A stretch of 64,000 bases of DNA. It comes from Blastocladiella emersonii ATCC 22665. Its lineage: Eukaryota > Fungi > Blastocladiomycota. The stretch is taken from assembly GCA_025594325.1 (NCBI GenBank), contig JANHCV010000011.1:1178001-1242000 (forward strand), written 5' to 3'. Shown piece by piece: positions 58,630 through 64,000 of this stretch. A program made the position numbers and the translations under genes. The notes beneath the pieces are model-generated. The model was not told where the DNA came from. It saw only the letters and a list, made by a program, of their open reading frames with translations, and did no database searches. Numbering within the stretch: position 1 is the stretch's first letter; each line of letters begins with the position of its first letter.

Positions 58630-60623
58630 TCAAACGTTCGCGTCGCCACGCTTCGGGCGGCGAGTCGGACTTGGGCTCGGGCGGGCAGTCCCACGGTCCG
58701 CACGCGTGCTCGACCTTTTGCCGGGCTCGACGAAATCGCGGTAGCCGCGCTTCGGGGTCGGAGCGGGCTTCGCTGCGGTGGCCGTGGCCGTGGACGGGGC
58801 CGTGGACGGGGCGCCGGACGTGGGCTTGGACTTGCCGCCGTTGAAGAGGGGGTGTTTGCGGTTGACGCGCGTCACCGGCTTGATGGGCGTCGAGCGAGGC
58901 GGGGCTCCCGCCGTCGACGTGGCCGTTGGCTGGGCGATCGGGGAGCCGTCGATGCGCTGGTTAGGGTCGCCGCCGAGCTTGAAGCTGAGCGCGGGCAGCG
59001 GCTGCTTGCCCGAGGACCAGATGTTGAAGGCCTTGTTGGCGATGACCGAGCGGATGCGGAAGTCGAGCGAGTGCTCGTGCGCGACCTCGACGTTGATGCC
59101 GCCCGACGCGCCCGGCTTGCCGTCGTTCCCCAGACCGGCCTTGCCGCCCGCCGACATGGTCATACCGATCGAGTTATCGAGCTCGAGCGCCAGGTCAAAG
59201 ATCGGGATGCGCCAGAACCGGAGACCCACGCCGAACGCGGGGATGACGTGCGCCGCGATGCCCGCGCTGACCTGGCCCGAGAGCGTCGGCGGGTGCGGGC
59301 GGAGGCGCATGTCGCCCTCGGCCTTGGCGATCGGCTTGCCGAACAGGCCCGTCTTGGACTCGACGCTCCACACGAACGGGTAGCTGAGCTCGAGGCCCGC
59401 CGACAGCTTGAGCGACGCCGCCAGCTCGTACGTGGCGGCCGCCTTGAGGCGCAGCTCGGGCGACATGGAGAAAATGCCGGGAATGTAGAACGGGGTCAGC
59501 GGCAGGACGAACACCTCGACCGAGAACAGGTCGGCCTTGTGCTCCTTGTGCGCGCGCAGGAACAGGTCGAGGTTGGCGCCAATGTCGCCCGACAGCGCAA
59601 CGCGGTACGTCTTGAGCGACGTGATGCTGCCCGTGGCCTCGAGGCTGAACGTCGCGCGGCCGTGCAGCGAGATGTCGGCGCCGAGCTCGGCCACGGACGT
59701 GTTGAGCAGCGAGATGAACGGCTTCAGCGGCTTGCGCTTCTTCTTGTCCCAGTTGACGGCGAGGTCCCAGCTGACCGAGTTGGAGAGGTCGCGGCGGGCG
59801 AGGTTCGCGCCCGACGACGACGGCATGTCGTGCTGCGCGACCTTGAGCGAGAAATCGGCGACCACGTCCTCGACGGCCATCTTCTTGGTGGCCAGGACGA
59901 CCTTGCCGGTGCCGTCAGCGGCGGCCTTGGGCGCGGCCGTGACCTCGCGCGTGGCAATCTCCTCGGCGCCGTCGCACTTCCACTCGCCGCCGACGATCAC
60001 GGCCCACTTGCCCTGCGTCTTGGCCCACTCGGCGCTGGCGGCCGCGGCCGTCGCCGCGTCGTCGAAGGTGAGCGTCACCGACTCGGCCGAGCACTCGACC
60101 TTGGTGATCTGCGGGAAGTTGTCGAGGTTGACGGACGCCATCTTGGTGTTGAGGTCGCAGCTCGCGACCATCATGGCCGGCTTGCCGAACACGTTCTCGC
60201 GCGACGGCACCTCGGCGCCGTACATGGCCTTGACGGTCATGACGGGCGCGAAGCTGTTGCGCTTGACGGGCATCGGGTGCATCATGTTCATGGCCTGCTT
60301 GGCCTTGGTCGCGCCGAGCGCGCTGCCCATGAACTCGCCATTCTACGATCGCGATTGTGCGTGCGTGCGTTGGTTCAGCGTCTCGTAGTGTTACAGGTGT
60401 AGTTGCTCGAGAATAAGCGTACCTCGTGGGCGCGGAGGACAAACTTGTCGTCGGCGGGGTTGGCGGGCTTGCGAATGTACTCGGCCTCGGGGATCGGGAG
60501 AGGGATCTCGCGGGCATTGGCGGCCGAGGTGGCGAGCACAGGATCGGCGGCCGATGCGGCGAGGAGGGCGAGGGTCGCCGTGGCCACGAGGGCGAGCGAG
60601 AGGTTCGTGGTGGCGGCGACCAT
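58630..60623 (-). CDS. Secreted beta-rich protein of a fungal DUF-type family (resembles DUF7029/DUF7223 proteins), with P/T-rich C-terminus. Intron 60422-60343
   Basis: Signal peptide MVAATTNLSLALVATATLALLAASAA; VECSAESVTLTF...W...GGEWKCDG segment; beta-strand-rich C-terminal half. Family name from memory only. Confidence 0.75.
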
Positions 60624-62985
60624 GGTTTCTACGGTCTAGCAGCGCGTGCGAGAGATGTAGGCGGTGGTGGAGTGTAGGAGGTTCGAGGAGGGTTGAAAGA
60701 CTCAGGTGGGCTCCGGGCGGACGATCTAGATGCTGTGGATGGACGAGGCCAGCTCTCTAAGGATGTGACATGCTTGCCAGGATTGAAGGCGGGCGGCGCG
60801 GCCTCTTTATTGTCCTCGGCCTACAAAACGCTTCAGCGACGACGTGCTCTGTACCGAGTCCAGTAACGGACGCGGCCAAAAACGTTTGCACGCGCATGAC
60901 ATGCGCAGCACGACGCGTGATGCCGGGCCTGATACGCGACACCGTTTCATGGGCATGCGGACCCACTCATTGCCCTCTAGCGCCACGGCAGCCCGCGTCG
61001 ATTGTTCCGGATCCGCGCGTACGGCGAGCTGGGCACCAGCATCCGTGCCATCGGGAGCACCAGATACGCCGTCGCGTTGCTTGTGTTCTCGTGGCGCCAG
61101 CCCCAGGCGCATCCGTGAGCGCATGCTGCGAAAACAGTCGAAGCCCGGATCAAAGTCTCAGGATCCTTTTTTTGGCGGCGCCGCCTCATGGGGCTGTGAT
61201 CGGACCGCTGATCCGGCCAGGCCCTGCTGAGCCACGCGCCACATCCAGGGGCTCGGAGCCGAACGAAAAGCCTCGGCCACCTGCGTCTGCGACTCTCCGG
61301 GGCTGATATGAATATCCTGGCTGACAAAGACGGTCCAGGTTCAACTGCCGGGTCGTTGGTGCGGCGACGTAAATATTCTGGCGATCCCGAAATGGCACGC
61401 GGAAGCGCATGGTGACCCATCACGTGTGTGGCGCATCGCGTATCCAAATGCCCATTCTGCGTCCAAGCCACGCGCGGTCGTTCGAACCGGATCCGGTTGA
61501 TACGCCAGAACTTGGCGTGCGGCCCGGGAATGTCAACAGGTTTGTGCTTCAGTGCTTCAGGGTATCGGAGCGGCTCAAACCGGCGGTGATGGTCGATGGC
61601 GCGAGTTCGTCCGTAATCGTGAGCCAGCCGCACTCAATCAAGTCTACGGGGTCGCACTTTTTCGGAGTTTGTAGTCCACTTGTGCATTTTTGTCGAGTCG
61701 CTCGTCGCGCAGCGCGCCCGCGACGTGCGCTGCGTGCCCGACCTCTGGCAGTCGCTCGTCGACTCGACGCCGCCTGCCATCGCATCGCCGGGCAGCGAGC
61801 CGCGCTGGATCCCGTTCCGCCGTGACATTCATTGTGCAACTGCTCGCTGACCTCGGGTACGGTACGCCGCCGACTACCACTCGTTCGACATGTGGTTCAA
61901 GAACAAAGTAACGAGGGTCACAGATGGACCGCGGTGAATGTTTTCGTCGTTCAACACGCTTCCCATACTCGCGACCGCCGGTACCCGTCGTGCGCCGGCT
62001 GGTCCTTGGTCTTCTCGGGCTTTGGCAACCCGAGGCGAGGCGGATGGATGGTGGGCCGACTGCAACGCGAACGACGACGGACAGCTTGAGTTGAGCGTGG
62101 CCGACCGAGGCGGAACGCGGCGAGCGGCGGCGACGGCGACACGATGCGATGCGGAAGGACGAGCGGGCGTGTGCTGGTGGTTGCAGTCGAACCTGGCCGC
62201 CGAGGCCGAGACCGAGACGAGCCGTTGTGCCCGCCATGATCTCGTTGACGGCACTCGCGCACGCTTAATCTTCTTGAAGGCAAAGGCCGCCGCCGAGCGA
62301 CTCGACGATGCGGTACGACAGCATGACCTTGTTGGGTACACGCGCGCTGCGGTACCTTGGTGGATCAAGCTACGCGAAAGTGAGTGTGAGTTTCTTTTAA
62401 TAGCGACGACAGAAAGGGCGGGACGCGGTACCTTGAACGGGCCGCGAAGCACTGCCATGGCCTCGGCCTGACTTGGGTGCTGCATGACGTGAAGCTGTCG
62501 GCAGCCCGAGCAAGTGAACAGGTCGCTGAGCGCGCGCGTGGTCTTGAACTCGACGAGGATGCACGCACGCGCGGATGACAATGTCGAAGAAGATGATCTA
62601 CACGCGCGGCAGGCGAGGGTCTCGAGGTGAGCCACGCGGTGGGGACCAGTCAAGAGTCGCGGGCATCGGTGCCGCGCCGTACCTGCTGCTGCTGATACTT
62701 GTGAGGACCTGCGCTTGGGCTTGAACACACGGGTGCACCAGTGCAGAGCGGGCGATGCATTCCCAAAAGCTGCACAAGCGTTGATGTGGTGGGCGACCAC
62801 CGCCGCCGGACGCTGCGAGGGGTCAATGGGCCGTTGCACAGTCACGTACTCTTTGCGCCGCCACTCGATTCGCCGCCCTTCGTTAGCCCCCTCCGCACGG
62901 CCGAGCTCCCTTTTGCCTGACCGCGCCACACAGCGGGCCCGCTGCACCATGCGTTCGCAGCGAACGAGCGCATGGTGGGGGAGGT

Positions 62986-63625
62986 GTGGGCGGTGCTTAC
63001 GGCGGGGGTGCAGGAGCTCGTTTCCCCCGCAGCAAAGAAGGGGCGTGCCGAGGGAGAGGTGCTAGGGCCGGGCGTGTACGCCGGCTCTGCACCAGGACGT
63101 CTATCTACACGCAGGCGAGCGAGCGAGCGAGCGAAGGGGGCGGTCGCGGCCACGGCCACGGCGGGCGACCGCGTTACTGCGCCGTCGTGAGGCGTACCGG
63201 CCACCACGAGCGGACGATCGACGCCGTGGCCACGGTGGACGCCGCGACGACGGCCTTGATGCCGATGGTCAATGAGGAGGAGAATGACGGCGACCGTCAG
63301 CTGACGCGGGTCAAGTCGTCGAGTGCCGCCAATCCGTCTACAGTCAGGCGCGCGCAAGTGAGTGGGCGGAGTGAGTGGGCGGTCGGTGGCTTCTGAATGT
63401 CCGCGCTATGAGCGTACCCTCGTTGATACCGCCGTCACCGATGAGGTAGACCCGCCGGACTCGAACTTGAACAGCGCGCGCGTTGGGATCATGAATGCCG
63501 GCGCTCGTCGGCGCGACATGACGCGGCCCCAGCGAGCGAGCGACGCACGATCTTGGCCTGCTGCAGCTGCAGCTGCAGGTACTGGACTAGGAGAACTACT
63601 CGAACCGCGCTGCGAGCCCGAGTAG
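62986..63625 (+). CDS. Possible small 2-exon orphan gene
   Basis: Two adjacent ORFs (62986-63396, 63362-63625) with a GTGAGT donor near 63358; no family recognised. Confidence 0.2.
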
Positions 63626-64000
63626 TGTCTACACAAGCACAAGCGCAAGGGTGAGTTGTTGGGCTGCGACGCCGGAAGTTCCGATTGTAGTATGTTATCT
63701 TGGTGTGCCGCGATGACATCTGAATTCCGAGTAATCGACGCGGCGCGCGCGCACGTCGTGCACCTGGCATTGTTCAGCCGCGCCGTCGCCGCGTGCTCAC
63801 CACGACCATCGAGCTCTGCGCCGCGACCACACACATGGCACGCGCGAGGGACGCTACGGAATATAGTGCGGGTTCCACCACGTGCCGGACTAAGAAGTGT
63901 TTGAGCCGGGGCTCCCCCAAGCAGTGCGTACTGGGCGTCGTCCCTCGGCGTGTCATGCGAATGGCCGCGGCGCCGCGCGACCCGACGCGGCGAGCGAGCG

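Noticed and set aside
60700-62950. Several 100-350-aa ORFs on both strands, also 24400-25800 and 52621-52968
   Set aside because: Arg/Ala-rich, mostly non-ATG starts, no domains or consistent splice chain; not supportable as genes.
1-64000. tRNA, rRNA, telomeric arrays, Fanzor/TnpB or reverse transcriptase genes
   Set aside because: No T-loop/cloverleaf, rRNA-like tract, TTAGGG array, RuvC plus zinc-finger or YxDD-type ORF was recognised by eye; a tRNAscan/Infernal/HMM run would be needed to exclude them formally.

Overview
Very GC-rich eukaryotic DNA with short GT-AG introns (mostly 54-70 nt). It is most likely a zoosporic fungus (Blastocladiomycota or Chytridiomycota; inferred from a fungal-type eEF2 together with CEP43, SCAR/WAVE, LAMTOR2 and an E(z)-type SET gene). 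Dense blocks of conserved genes alternate with visibly less GC-rich blocks of orphan and decayed ORFs. The conserved blocks are 29.6-42.4 kb (E(z), promethin-like, STN1, TFIIA-gamma, M14 carboxypeptidase, CEP43, WAVE, 7TM) and 46.6-52.5 kb (DPB3/CHRAC-like, eIF2B-alpha, LAMTOR2 and others). The most striking structure is at 1.9-15 kb. A complete two-gene PIF/Harbinger transposon (10505-13749, 15-bp TIRs, TTA target duplication) sits 5 bp from an apparently identical 1173-bp inverted copy (13755-14927) of the eEF2 upstream region, exon 1 and part of intron 1 (1889-3061). That copy now points into an orphan 3-exon gene (15198-17285), i.e. a candidate promoter/exon-1 capture. Other notable items are a GH20 hexosaminidase-like membrane protein lacking the catalytic residues, an orphaned 3' end of a glutathione peroxidase gene, a tandem orphan paralog family, a ~147-bp tandem repeat and eight consecutive genes in strictly alternating orientation. 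All assignments are by-eye motif recognition; no searches or alignments were run.
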